Assembly (NCBI GenBank): GCA_965287045.1
Contig: OZ336891.1
Coordinates: forward strand, 23,250,001-23,314,000
Direction: 5' to 3'
Length of the DNA stretch: 64,000 nt
DNA from: Carcharhinus amblyrhynchos
Lineage: Eukaryota
The notes beneath the pieces are model-generated. The model made no database searches. It was given only the letters and a program-made list of their open reading frames with translations, and was not told the DNA's origin. The position numbers and the translations under genes were made by a program. Shown piece after piece: positions 51,949-63,291 of the stretch; positions within the stretch are counted from its first letter, which is position 1; each line of letters starts with the position of its first letter.

Positions 51949-52055
51949 CGTCACATGACACGGCAGCCATCTTGGCACCCTGATAAAGAGATGGCAGAAA
52001 ATTCAAAGTCATAGACATAGACATGGAGTCATATAGCAGTGATTGAGACATGTGC

Positions 52056-52345
52056 AGTGACATAGTAGTTAGCACTGCTGCCTAACAACACCAGGACCCG
52101 GGTTCAATTCCTGGCTTGGATCACTGTCTATGTGTGGAATCTGTACATTCTTCCTGTATCTGCATGGGTTTCCTCTGTTTTTTTTACGACGCTTCAAAAG
52201 GCATGCTAGTAGGTGCAATGGCCATGCTGGATTCTCCCTCAGGATACCTGAGCAGGCACTGAACTGTGGCAACGAGGGGATTTTCACAGTAACTTCATTG
52301 CAGTGTTAACATATGCCTACTTGTGTCAATAATAAATAAACTTTA
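52056..52345 (+). mobile_element. HE1-like SINE, tail B
   Basis: Tail ttttcacagtaacttcattgcagtgttaacatatgcctacttgtgtcaataataaataaacttt. Confidence 0.9.
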
Positions 52346-52982
52346 CATTTATGTTGTGGAGAGAGAGAGTCCAACAGGTGAAAGTATTGACCACTCAAGC
52401 CAGTTAAGTAGCAAACTAAATACCAAAGAGAATCTAAGCCTCTTTCTCACCTCTAACCGGTTCCATCTTCAAGGGTACCTGTGAAAACAAATTCTGTGCG
52501 CATCAACTCTAGAAACCATCACAATGTTTGAGAAATCTCGGCATTTCTGAGACCTTCACTTCAGCCTAAGTAACAACTCGACAACAAAACATCAGGCCTG
52601 CACGGAAATGGAGATTGAGTTAAATTCCATTTACATAGCTGCTGTTTTACTTTCAACTGTATCTAATTTCTGTGTGTGGAATAGTGTGGGTGAGTGAGGC
52701 ATCGCATTTGTGTTTAATCTCTGGGCAAGAGTGTGAGAAATAAATTAACCTTCATTACTAAATGCTAAAGCTTTGCGGGGTTATTTAAATTGGCAATCAC
52801 TCCCAGGGTAAGAAAATACACACATCCGCATACAATATATTTAATCACCAGCAAAAAAGGTAACACCTTAAAATGCTCTGTGACAGCAATTAACTTGTGC
52901 CTGTTCCAATAAACGCAGGCAACATGCAAATTTTTGCTGCCTGCTAATTAAAAAGATCGTCCTGCACTAAACATTCTCGTCA

Positions 52983-53303
52983 GTGACACGGTGGCACAGT
53001 GATTAGCACTGCTGCCTCACAGCGGCAGGAACCCGGGTTCAATTCCTGCTTGGATCACTGTCTGTGCGGAGTCTGCATGTTCTCCCTGTATCCATATGTT
53101 CTCCTTGTGTCCATGTGTGTTTCCTCCAATTTCCTCCCACAGTCCAAAGATGTGCGGGTTAAGTGGATTGGCCATGCCAAATTGCCCCTTAGTGTCAGGT
53201 GGACAAATGTCTGGGGTGATGGGGATAGGACCTGAGTGGGATTGTGGTCGGTGTGGACTCGATAGGCTGAATGGCCTACTTCTGCACTATAGGATTCTAT
53301 GAT
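52983..53303 (+). mobile_element. HE1-like SINE, tail A
   Basis: Full head, core and tail. Confidence 0.92.
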
Positions 53304-53384
53304 TATCGTTAATATTGAAACAGTGATGCATCCCTCAGCAGACCCATGATTGTACAAGGCTAGAACGGCTGACAGTAAAAGTGT

Positions 53385-53600
53385 TTTAAAGTTTATGTAT
53401 TAATCCCAAATAGGCTTACATTAACATTGCAATGAAGTTACTGTGAAAATCCCCTAGTTGCCACAGTCCGGTCTCTGTTCACTGAGTCATGGCGATACAC
53501 TGAGAGAGAATTTAACATGGCCCAATGCACATAACCAGCACATCTTTCAGATTGTGGGAGGACACTGGAGCACCCAGAGAAAACCCACGCAGACACGGCT
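53385..53600 (-). mobile_element. HE1-like SINE 3' part, tail B
   Basis: aaagtttatgtatt...ggcttacattaacattgcaatgaagttactgtgaaaatccc. Confidence 0.85.
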
Positions 53601-55309
53601 AGACTGCACTTTTTCAGTGCGGTCTAGTAGTAACAGAGGCTGCAAGTGATGAAAGGGGAATTGGTGAACAAGTAGAGCATTGAAAAATGTTCCAACTGCA
53701 GGTGCCCATCGTGCTTTCCTGGGGTGCCAGAAGCCATGGTGTACCTCTCAGTGGGCCCTCCAAACAAACACAGTAGTGCGGCAATATAAAGTCCAAGATG
53801 GACTTTTAAGACTCTTAAGTCTTAAGAAAGCAACACTGCCCCTCAATGTGGGACTTAGCCATCAGCTCAGATACTCAGATACAGTGCTGAACTTCCAAAG
53901 ATAATATAGAGGAACAACCTGTGCATGGTAAGTCACAGGGCATAACGTTCAGAGGGAAAGAATGGCATAAGGTGCCAATCTCCTAGAGGCCAAGGCCACA
54001 TTTGCAATTGGTTTCAGGGGATTCGGGTGAGGACTTTGATGAGGAAGCAGAGAGAAAAGGCTGGGCACAGAAATTCTTGATGAGCCTTCCAGAGAGTCTG
54101 CTGTCACTGTCAATGGGCATGGAGGTGGATGGCTTAATTTTGAGCAGAACTTGAAGACTATTCTTTCTGGTCTGAGAGAGATGGCCAACACCACAAGAAC
54201 ACTTGTTGGCCTGATTATAATGCAGCTTCTGACGTATTAAGTAGATTGGCTATGCCAAATTGCCCCTTAGTGTCAGCTTCCATTCTAGATCCAGAAGAGT
54301 CCACCTGTTGTCTGCGTCTGCAGTACAAGGTTAGACTGAAGTCACAAAATCTCAACATGGTGCAATGAAGTCTTAGACTGCTGCTATCACAGTACTCAAA
54401 AGGAGTGACAGATCCTCACAACAGTTTAGAAAGCTGCGCTCCAAAAGATTACCAGGATCACTGAGGTGACGACCCCACGGGAATAAGATGCCTGTCACTC
54501 TGCCTATGTATTTGCAATTGCCCACTCCATGGCCTCCCATGTTGTGATAATGAGGTAACATAAAGAGGGGCCTTTTAAGTCCAGAGATACTGGACAATGT
54601 CCTGCAAAGCCATCTGCAGACTCTGCCACTGAAGGTTAAGCAGCCTACCACCAGCCATGCTGCATCCACTGGACCAGCTTTGAGTAGGGGCAATAGGCCA
54701 CAAGACCGGCACAAAGGCAATTCGTTAAATTTCGTATGGCTCAGTGAATTTTTTTTTGGATAAAGTTAATGTGGAATGGTTGTTTTGTGGTGGCTTTTAT
54801 CCCAGGAGGAAGGCAGATTCCGCAATTGTCAAGAACAGTAGGATGGGAAGGTTTGGGATTGAGATAAAATAAGGATCTGTGGTTTTAATTGTGGGGATTT
54901 GAGTCAAGGGTGGCGGTCATGGACAGCCTCTCCAAACCCCAGAAATGCCAGCTGTCTCTTCTCTTCCTTAACATCCTCTTCGTTTTCCTCTTCCTCTGCC
55001 CCTCCCTCCTCCTGAAGTGGCCACTGAACTCGTGATGACGAGGGACTGTGCCTGCATGAAGGATACAGCAGACCACTAACCATCAGAACAGGCATTCCAG
55101 CGAGTACTGAAGACTTCACCAGACTGTCATAGCAGCTGAATGATTGCTTGATCACCCCAATTATCTGCTCAGTGATGTTGCTTGTAGCAGCATGGTACTC
55201 ATTATAGGAGCTAGCTCGGAGCGGTTGGATTGCAGAGTGGAGTCAAGAGGCAGAAGCAGAGCGGATAGCCCTTGTCACCTAGTTTGATGTGATGGCTGAA
55301 GAATTAAGT

Positions 55310-56091
55310 GATTTTGATTTGTTTTGATTTGATTTATTGTTGTCACATTGGCACAGTAGTACAATGGTTAGCACTGCTGCTTCACAGCTCCAGAAGCCTG
55401 GGTTCTATTTCCAGCTTGGAGCACTGTCTGTGTGGAGTTTGCACATTCTCCTTGCGTCTGCGTGGGTTTCCTCCGGGTGCTCCGGTTTCCTCCCACAGTC
55501 CAAAGATGTGCAAATTTGCTTGATTGGCCATGCTAAAATTGCCCCTTAGTGTTCTGAGATGTGTAAGTTAGAGGGATTAGTGGGTAAATATGTAAGGATA
55601 TGGGGTAGAGAACGGGTGGGATTGTAGTTGGTGCAGAATGGCCAAATGGCCTCTCTCTGCATTGTAGGGTTTCTATGATTCTATGTATTAGTATACAGTG
55701 AAAAATATTGTTTCTTGTACGCTATACATACAAAGCATACTATTCATAGAGAAGGAAGGGAGAGAGTGGAGAATGTAGTGTTACAGTCATAGCTAGGGTG
55801 TAGAGAAAAATCAACTTATTGCCAGATAAGTCCATTCAAGAGTTTGATGGCAGCAGGGAAGAAAGATGTTCTTGAGTCAGTTGTTACGTGACCTGAGACT
55901 TTTGTATCTTTTCCCCGACGGAAGAAGGTGGAAGAGAGAATGTACGGGGTCCATGGGGTCCTTGATTATGCTAGCTACTTTGCCGAGGCAGCGGGAAGTG
56001 TAGGCAGAACAAATGGATGGGGAGCTGGTTTCCATGATGAATTGGGCTTATGTTCACGACCTTTTGTAGTTTCTTGTGGTCTTGGGCAGAT
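55310..56091 (-). mobile_element. Rex1/Babar-type LINE 3' fragment, interrupted by an HE1-like SINE
   Basis: Same sequence as 22343-22790; split inside its terminal tgtcacat|gtattag region. Confidence 0.88.
55349..55685 (+). mobile_element. HE1-like SINE, tail A
   Basis: Full head, core and tail ending ttctatgattctatg. Confidence 0.92.
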
Positions 56092-56212
56092 TGTTGTGGA
56101 TGCTGGAATCTGAAATAAAAACAGAAAATGCTGGAAAATCTCAGCAGGTCTGACAGCGTCTGTGAAGAGAGAACAGGGCTAACATTTCAAGTCTGGATGA
56201 CCTTCTTCAGAG
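56092..56212 (-). mobile_element. Penelope-associated short element, family 2, with hammerhead-like core
   Basis: Minus strand CTGAAGA-AGGTC-ATCCA-GACTT-GAAA-TG-TT at 56181-56210. Confidence 0.7.
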
Positions 56213-56790
56213 AAGGAGGGGGAGAATGAAAACAACATGGCAGTTGTTAGGATAGCAAACATTCACTTGCATGATGTGTTGAATGTGCAGAGCATGATCA
56301 TACACCAATTATATATTCAATCAGTGATACCCCTCACTGATTTTGTACACCTCAGAATTGAGCTGCAGCTTATGCAAAGCCACGTAGGTGCAGTTTATGG
56401 CCTGCTCTTCCATGAGGAAGTGGAAGTACCTTGGCAAATTCATATGCACCTTTCATACACTTGAGAGAACACAAAGATGTTTCTTTTCCTGACAGAAAAG
56501 ACCTCTGTCCACCCCTCGCATGATTGGCAAGACTGACTGTTGCTTGATATGTCGCCTGTTCCAGTCTTGAGGGATCCTGACAGAACGAAAATCAGACGCA
56601 AGGTCACTTCCACAGACATGGTGCCTACGCTGCTCAGAAATCGCAGCTCTGCATCCAAGAGGTGTCAGAACTCGTTGCGCATCTCCTTTCTCGATCATGA
56701 ATAATGCACCCACTTTTCCTGGCTTAGGTGGATAAGGACTCGTGCTGAGAGCGCTCCTTCCATTCTTCTGCGCTTCGAACACCCTGTCCG

Positions 56791-57125
56791 TGGGGCAGTA
56801 TGATGGCACAGTAGTGAGAACTGTTAACTCACAGCACCAGGGACCCGAGTTTAATCCCCGGCCTGGGTCACTATCTGTGTAGTTTGCACATTCTCCCTGT
56901 GTCCGCGTGGGTTTCCTCTGGGTGCTCCGGTTTCCATCTATGCTCCAAAGATGTATGGGTTAAGTGCATTGGCCATACTAAATTGGCCCTTACTGTCCCA
57001 GGATGTGTAGATTAGAAGGATTAGGAGGGTAAATATGTGGGGTTATTGGAATAGGGCCTGGGTAGAATTGTTGTTGGTGCAGACTTGATGGGTTGAATGG
57101 CTCTTTCTGCACTGTAGGGATTCTG
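56791..57125 (+). mobile_element. HE1-like SINE, tail A
   Basis: Full head, core and tail. Confidence 0.92.
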
Positions 57126-57669
57126 TCTATCTTCTACCCATCTTTTAATAGCTACAATCCACTGGGGGGTAGGTTGGGGAGGGGGTTGGGTGGGGGGATA
57201 GATTGGGATGGAGGGATCTGTTGCTAATGCACCCATAACTGAGAGAAAGTGGAGCTCTTTTCTGTCACAATCAACACCTCCTCTACGTGGAAACCCATGT
57301 TCCCCATCCTTATCAGGTTGCTGATGGGAGGCTTTCCATCTGATAGATTACATTCAAAGCACAGAAAAATTTCAGACCAATTCTCAAGGGAGGTACAACT
57401 TAAATGAACAGGAGGGGCTTTATCAGTATGAGTCAGCCTGGAAAACAGAGTAACAGAAAGCCAGTCTGAATGTTTGGGTTTCAGATAGCATTGATTTTCC
57501 AGTGTTTTTGGAAAGTGTGAAAAATTCCCAGTTTTCACCACGAGAGTCCCATGTTTTCCTGAACAAGTCTCTGGCGATTCCAAAAGTTCATGTCGCTTGG
57601 GAAATCTAAGGAAAGACGAGATAGGCTTGAATTGTTTTCTTAAGAGCAGAAAGTCTGAAGGGGAGACAT

Positions 57670-58040
57670 GATTGAGGTATATAAGATTATAAGGTGTATA
57701 GGGTGAGTAGGGAGCAGCTATACCCCTTGGTTGAGGGGTCAATCTTGAGGCAGCATAGTTTTTTGGTGAGGGGCAGGAGGTTCAGGGAGGACTTGAGAAA
57801 AATCTTTTCCACCCAGAGGGCAGTGGGAATGGGAAATGCATTGCCTGGGAAGATAGCGTAGATCAGAAACCTGACAATCTTTAACAATTATTTGGATGAA
57901 CATTTGAAATATCATAGCATTCGAGGATATGGGTCAAGTGCAGGAAACTGGGATTAGCAAGCCTTTAGTGGTAGTTATTCCCAGTGCAGGCTTAATGGGC
58001 CAAAGAGCCTTTTCTGCACTGTACGACTCTGTAACTCTAT
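57670..58040 (+). mobile_element. CR1 3' fragment
   Basis: gaggtatataagatt...ttttccacccagagggcagtggga...; tail ctgcactgtacgactctgtaactctatg shared with HE1 tail A. Confidence 0.85.
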
Positions 58041-58283
58041 GGGCAGGATTTACCACCCGCGCTCACCCCAAGATTGGAAATCGCACCCCCCCCCCCCCGA
58101 AGTCAATGAAACTTTACATGGTCCGCCCCCACCTGCTACATTTCCTGTGGCGGGTGGGCGGTGGGGGCAGTGCGAATAATGTACTATGACTCTAATTCTG
58201 ACAAAGCAGCACCAAAGCTTGGCACAAAATTATTGGACTTCCTCCAGTTCATGGGCTGCTGCTTGAAACTCAGAACTCACAGA

Positions 58284-58630
58284 AGAACATAAGGAATAGG
58301 AGCAGGAGTAGGCCATCTAGCCCCTCGAGCCTGCTCCGCCATTCAATAAAATCACGGCTGATCTGATAGTGGTTCAGTTCCACTTACCCGCCTACTCCCC
58401 ATAACCCTTAATTCCCTTATTGGTCAAAAATGTATCTATCTGTGACTTAAACACATTGAATGAAGTAGCCTCCACTGCTTCAATGGGCAGAGAATTCCAA
58501 AGATTCACCACCCTCTGTGTGAAGAAGTTCCTCCTCAACTCTGTTCTAAATTGACTCCCCTGTGTTTTGAGGCTGTGTCCCCTAGTTCTTGTTGCTATTC
58601 TAAGTGGAAATAACTTCACTGCTTCTATCT
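58284..58630 (-). mobile_element. CR1 3' fragment, same subfamily as 5119-6044
   Basis: TRGHSLK...RRNFFTQRVVNLWNSLP...GIKGYGE and a matching tail. Confidence 0.92.
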
Positions 58631-59206
58631 TCTGGCTGAAGTTGAGAGCAGTAGCTGAAATGGATGAACAACCTTTGCAACAGTAATCCTAGTTCACAAA
58701 GTAAACTTAATAGAGTAAAACGTAATATAGTGCACACATCTCCAGAATGGGTTTAAGCAAGGGCACTGTGAATTTGCGGGCTGACAGAAAGTTAGCTAAA
58801 TAAGCAAGCGACGAGTAAAAAGATGCTCGGAAAAGATACAGTGCATGATAACAAAGATAAGAACAGGTGAGAATTATACACCAGAGAAGAGATGAGCAGA
58901 AACAATTACCAGAAAGTGAATGGAATATGGACCTTGCTACTATATGTAGCATTTAAAAAATTAGTATTGATGCACCCAAGGAAGCTTGCTAAGTACTTAA
59001 GGGTTAAGCAAGTAGAAAGATATATTGATAGGGTGAATCAAAGTGAGATGATAGCACCAGAATTGATATGTTGGCCTGTTTCTGCATTGTAAAAAGTCAA
59101 ACCTAAGAGAATAAAAGAACAGCAAATAAATGCGTAGTATATTTCAGTAATTCCAAAACTGGTTTCCATAGAACCATAGCATTCTGTAGAACACATCCAT
59201 TAAAAT

Positions 59207-59514
59207 GTTTAAAGTTTATTTATTTATTAATGTCACAAATAGGCTTACATTAACACTGCAATGAAATTACTATGAAAATCCCCTAGTCGCCACACTCTGG
59301 CATCTTTTCGGGTACACTGAGGGAGACTTTAGCATAGCCAATGCATCTAACTAGCTCATCTTTCGGACTGTGGGAGGAAACCAGAGCACCCGGATGAAAC
59401 CCACGTAAACACGGGGAGAATGTGCAGACTCCGCACAGACGGTGACCCACGCTGGGAATTGAATACTGGGTCACTACTGGAGGCAGCGGTGCTAACCACT
59501 GTGCCACAGTGCTG
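59207..59514 (-). mobile_element. HE1-like SINE, tail B
   Basis: Reverse-strand head, core and tail B. Confidence 0.9.
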
Positions 59515-59589
59515 CTCTTGTACGTCAAAGCTTTGTAAATTGCTGCCCCTCCAGCTTGTCCATTCGGAGGTGATTTTCGCACTGACTTC

Positions 59590-60245
59590 TGCATGTGATT
59601 CCTTCAAAGAACTCCAAAAATTGATTAAACATGATTTCTTTTTCACAAAATCATGTTGACTCTGCCTGATTGCCTTGAATTTTTCCAAGTGCCCTGCCAT
59701 AACATCTTTAATAATGACATCAAACATTCGTCCTAAGACAGATATTAAATTAACTGGCCTGTAGTTTCCTTCTTTCTGTCTCCCTCCCTTTTTGAATAAA
59801 GGAGTTATATTTGCTATCTTCCAATCTAATAGAACCTTTCCCAGATCTAAAAAAATTAAAGTTAAAGTTTATTAGTCACAAGTAAGGCTAACATTAACAC
59901 TGCAATGAAATTACTGTGAAATTCCCCTAGTTGCCACAGTCCAGCGCCTATTCAGTCAATCCACTGAACCAGCACATCTTTGGAAAATTAAAACTAATGT
60001 ATCAACTAGTTTATTAGTCACTTCTTTCAAGAACTTAAGATGAAGTCCATTTAGACCCAAGGATTTGTGGATCCGCAACTCCAACACTGCCACTTGTCTG
60101 GTGATTGTAATTTTCCTGAGTTCTTCCCTCCCTTCTATTTCTAGGTATACAGCTATTTCTGGGATATAACTGGTGTAATCCATAGTGAAGACCATTGCAA
60201 AATACCTATTTATCTGCCATAACTTTACTTTCCATTATCAATTCC
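59590..60245 (-). mobile_element. Degraded CR1 ORF2 fragment containing a tail-B SINE fragment (~59855-59982)
   Basis: HKSLGLNGLHLKFLKEV...LVLIFQ; IRQSQHDFVKKKSCLINF. Confidence 0.85.
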
Positions 60246-60290
60246 CCAGCAGAGGGAGCGGCCAAAGAGCAAAGGAGAGAGGCAATAGTA

Positions 60291-60433
60291 NNNNNNNNNN
60301 NNNNNNNNNNNNNNNNNNNNNNNNNNNNNNNNNNNNNNNNNNNNNNNNNNNNNNNNNNNNNNNNNNNNNNNNNNNNNNNNNNNNNNNNNNNNNNNNNNNN
60401 NNNNNNNNNNNNNNNNNNNNNNNNNNNNNNNNN
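60291..60433. other. Assembly gap (143 N)
   Basis: Run of N. Confidence 1.
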
Positions 60434-60700
60434 TGTGTGCATAAGAGAAAAACAGAGAGAGGTGAGTGTGTGCACGTGTGTATGTGAGAGAGAAGAGAAA
60501 TGTGGATGAATGTAAGTAAAAGTCGGAGAGACTATGTCCGTGCATGAAAAAGAGAGAGGTAAGAATGTGCGTGTATGCATGTAAAAGAGATGGGAGAGAA
60601 TACGTGTGTGCATGAGAAAGAGAGGTGAGTGTATGCACATTTGTGTATGCGAGAGAGGTGAATGCGTGTGTGTATATGTGTGTGTGTGTGAAAGAGAGAT
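60434..60700. repeat. Low-complexity (GA)/(GT)-rich degenerate microsatellite
   Basis: Alternating gagaga and gtgtgt tracts. Confidence 0.85.
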
Positions 60701-60703
60701 AGC

Positions 60704-61131
60704 CATGACATGAAGATGCTGGCACTGGACTGGGGTGGGCACAAGTAAGAATCTCACAATATTTGGTGAGATCTTGGGTTCATATCACACTATGTCTAAC
60801 CCTCACTATTTAGCCTGGACTTGCAAAATCCTACTAACTGTCCCGGCTTGAGACAATTCACACCTCTTTAACCTGTGATTATCTCTCTCTCCACTCTCAC
60901 TGTGTGCACCTGTAAAGACTTGATTACCTGTAAAGACTTGCATTCCAATCATTATCTTGCAACTGTGTCTCTGTCTATAAATACCCTGTTTGTGAACCCA
61001 CCTCTCCATTCACCTGATGAAGGAGCAGCATTCCAAAAGCTCGTGATTCCAAATAAACCTGTTGGACTTTAACCTGCATTATGAGACTTCTTACTATGCT
61101 CACCCCAGTCCAATGCCGGCATCGCCACATC
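60704..61131 (+). mobile_element. Penelope-like element 3' end: inverted terminal arm, ORF C-terminus and pseudo-LTR with hammerhead motif
   Basis: 60770-60799 encodes DLGFISHYV*, like the end of vertebrate Penelope GIY-YIG ORFs. Terminal arms are inverted (60704-60759 versus 61085-61131). Confidence 0.85.
61010..61046 (+). ncRNA. Degenerate minimal type I hammerhead ribozyme motif
   Basis: TCAC-CTGATGA-A-GGAGC-AGC-ATTCC-AAAA-GC-TC-GTGA. Stem I is TCAC/GTGA; GAAA has mutated to AAAA. Confidence 0.7.
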
Positions 61132-61493
61132 TGTTTCAACAGTCTGTATAGAGTTTATAATGGAAAATAAGAGTGAGATAAATAAACAATTTAGTTCTCA
61201 TTAGTCACTGTATAAAATGTAATTGCATTTTAAAGCAACACTTTAAGTGGGTTTTCAAAAGTCATTTTGTTTCAATACACTTCTCTGTCACCATAGCAGC
61301 ACCACAGGTACACACAAGGCATGGTTGCTATAACACCACCATTTCCCACACATCCAAAGCCCTCCCAGTCCCACCTACATCACTACTGAAGATTTTAAAT
61401 TGCTTTTCAGCATCATGGCCCCAACACTTAACAACGTCAAGCTGGGCAGGTAGAAAATATAATTGAATGTATCTGTGAAAGGTTAGTGCACGT

Positions 61494-61768
61494 TGTCACG
61501 TTCTTACAATGGTATAAGTCTGTGGTAGCGTGGCCCCTTTAAGGGGGTGTTCCCAGAGGGCCACGTGATCGCGCAGCGCCCTACTGAGTGTTGAGGTGGG
61601 AAGCTGAGCCAATCGGGAGCAAGGGTGCACAGGGAGGATCCTCAGTTGGCATCTTGTACAGTCTCATAGTTAATTCAGTCTGACTATTTTATTGTAAATA
61701 TCCATTTGCCGTTGACAATAAATCTTTGGTTACTTTGAGCCACATTGAGTCACCCTCGATTTATTACA
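61494..61768 (+). mobile_element. Gypsy-type 5' LTR
   Basis: TG...CA termini, ccaat and aataaa motifs, followed 1 nt later by a TGG PBS-like sequence and gag. Confidence 0.8.
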
Positions 61769-61871
61769 CTGGAGACAGGAAAAGCTTTTGAAATTGTTGG
61801 GGATTGCAGGAGAGGGGGAGGAGAGTTGAGCTTTAAAAATACAAAGAAGCAAGGTACAGAGGCACATTAAA

Positions 61872-62392
61872 GTGCCTTTGATTGGAAAGATTGAACCATT
61901 TGACCCTGAAGTGGAAAACCAGGGACAATACATTGAAAGGCTGAGTTACCTCTTTGTAGCAAATGAAATGATAGCTAAAAAAACTTAAGGTTATTCTGAA
62001 TCATAGGATAGAATCCCTGGAATAGAAAGAGGCCATTCGGCCAATTGAGTCTGCACCAGCCACAATCCCACCCAGGCCCTACCCCTATATCTCTACATGT
62101 TTACCCACTAATCCCTCTAATCTACACATCTCAAGACACTTAGGGCAATTTTTAGCATGGCCAATCAACCTAACCTGCACATCTGTGGACTGCGGGAGGA
62201 AACCGGAGCAAACCCACGCCGACACGAGGAGAATGTGCAAACTCCATACAGACAGTGACCCAAGGTGGGAATCAAACCTTGTGAAGCAACAGTGCTGACC
62301 ACTGTGCTACCGTGCTGCCCACAGTCTGTAGCTCACAAACTTACAGCTTAGTGAGAAGTTTAGCACTGCCTGATGCTCCAGATACAAAATCT
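61872..62392 (+). pseudogene. Gypsy gag N-terminal remnant split by a SINE
   Basis: PLIGKIEPFDPEVENQGQYIERLSYLFVANE ... KVIL | SINE | TVCSSQTYSLVRSLALPDAPDTKS. Confidence 0.85.
61999..62320 (-). mobile_element. HE1-like SINE, tail A (inside Gypsy gag)
   Basis: Reverse-strand head, core and tail. Confidence 0.92.
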
Positions 62393-62689
62393 CATAACTT
62401 TCCATCTAGAGGTGGAAAGCTTTGGGCCACCAAATGTAGAAGAATTTTTTGTGCACTTGCCACTGTTCAAAAATTGCGATCTAACTCCGGAAAGGAGCAG
62501 CCGCATTTGAACTTCAGTGGAACAATCTCCACAGGCACCAGCACGGTGCAGGAAGACTTGAGCCTTTATGATAAGGTCAGATTGGGAATACCCATTGAGT
62601 TCTAGCTTTAAAACTGCAGTTCTCCGAAATTCTCCCATCCCGCCTGCCACTGGAATTCTAGCAGGTGGGAGGTGGACCACATAAAGGTA

Positions 62690-62990
62690 TATTTATTATC
62701 GCAGTATAATGTATGCTTACATTAACACTGCAATGAAATTACTGTGAAAATCCCCAAGCTGCCACACTCCGGCACCTGTTTGGGTATGTTGAGGGAGAAT
62801 TTAGCATGGACAATGTACCTAACCAGCACATCGCTTGAACTGTGGGAGGAAATTAGAGCACCAAGAAGAAATGTACGCAGCCACAGAAAGAACATACAAA
62901 CTCCACTCAGTTAGTGACCCAAGCTGGGAAACAAACCCAAGTCCCTGATGCTATGAAGCATTAGTGCTTACCATTGGGCCACCGTGCCAC
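62690..62990 (-). mobile_element. HE1-like SINE, tail B
   Basis: gcttacattaacactgcaatgaaattactgtgaaaatccc...gccaccgtgcc. Confidence 0.88.
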
Positions 62991-63291
62991 ACATGAAGTC
63001 AGGCAGAAATCTCTGGTTTTCAGGCAAGTGCGGCCAGAGAGTCCTGTCCCAGTAGGTTGAATTACTTCATTTTTTTTATGATTTTAAGCAGTTAATCCTG
63101 TTTCTACTGGCTCATTTAAAGTGTAATTTTTAATTTTCTTTTTATGATTGAAGATGAATAATGTTTAATATCTATAAATAAACACAGGTTTTGGGATTTT
63201 AAATCTGTGAAACTCCTATTTAAATCTGCATTATGTTATATAACTTTACCTTTGGCATTCTTATAAGTGTTCGTATGTTTTAATTTAGAAT

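Larger units (their letters stand above)
51660..52885 (+). mobile_element. Possible solo LTR interrupted by a Penelope-derived element and a SINE
   Basis: Ends ...gtgaCA with aataaa upstream. The 5' boundary and TSD are not established. Confidence 0.3.
54900..56790 (-). pseudogene. Harbinger (HARBI1-like DDE) transposase relic, split by nested insertions
   Basis: Upstream piece SVEVTLRLIFVLSGSLKTGTGDISSNSQS...AINCTYVAL...GYH*LNI*LVYDH...IMQVNVCYPNNCH. Downstream piece LGDKGYPL...YNEYHAAT...EQIIGVIKQSF...VCCILH plus acidic tail. Confidence 0.85.

Noticed and set aside
60185-60757. Long ORFs across the gap
   Set aside because: Artefacts of the N run and adjacent microsatellite.
61010-61046. 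Currently active ribozyme at this locus
   Set aside because: The catalytic GAAA is mutated to AAAA and stem II is mismatched; only the family consensus is predicted to be competent.
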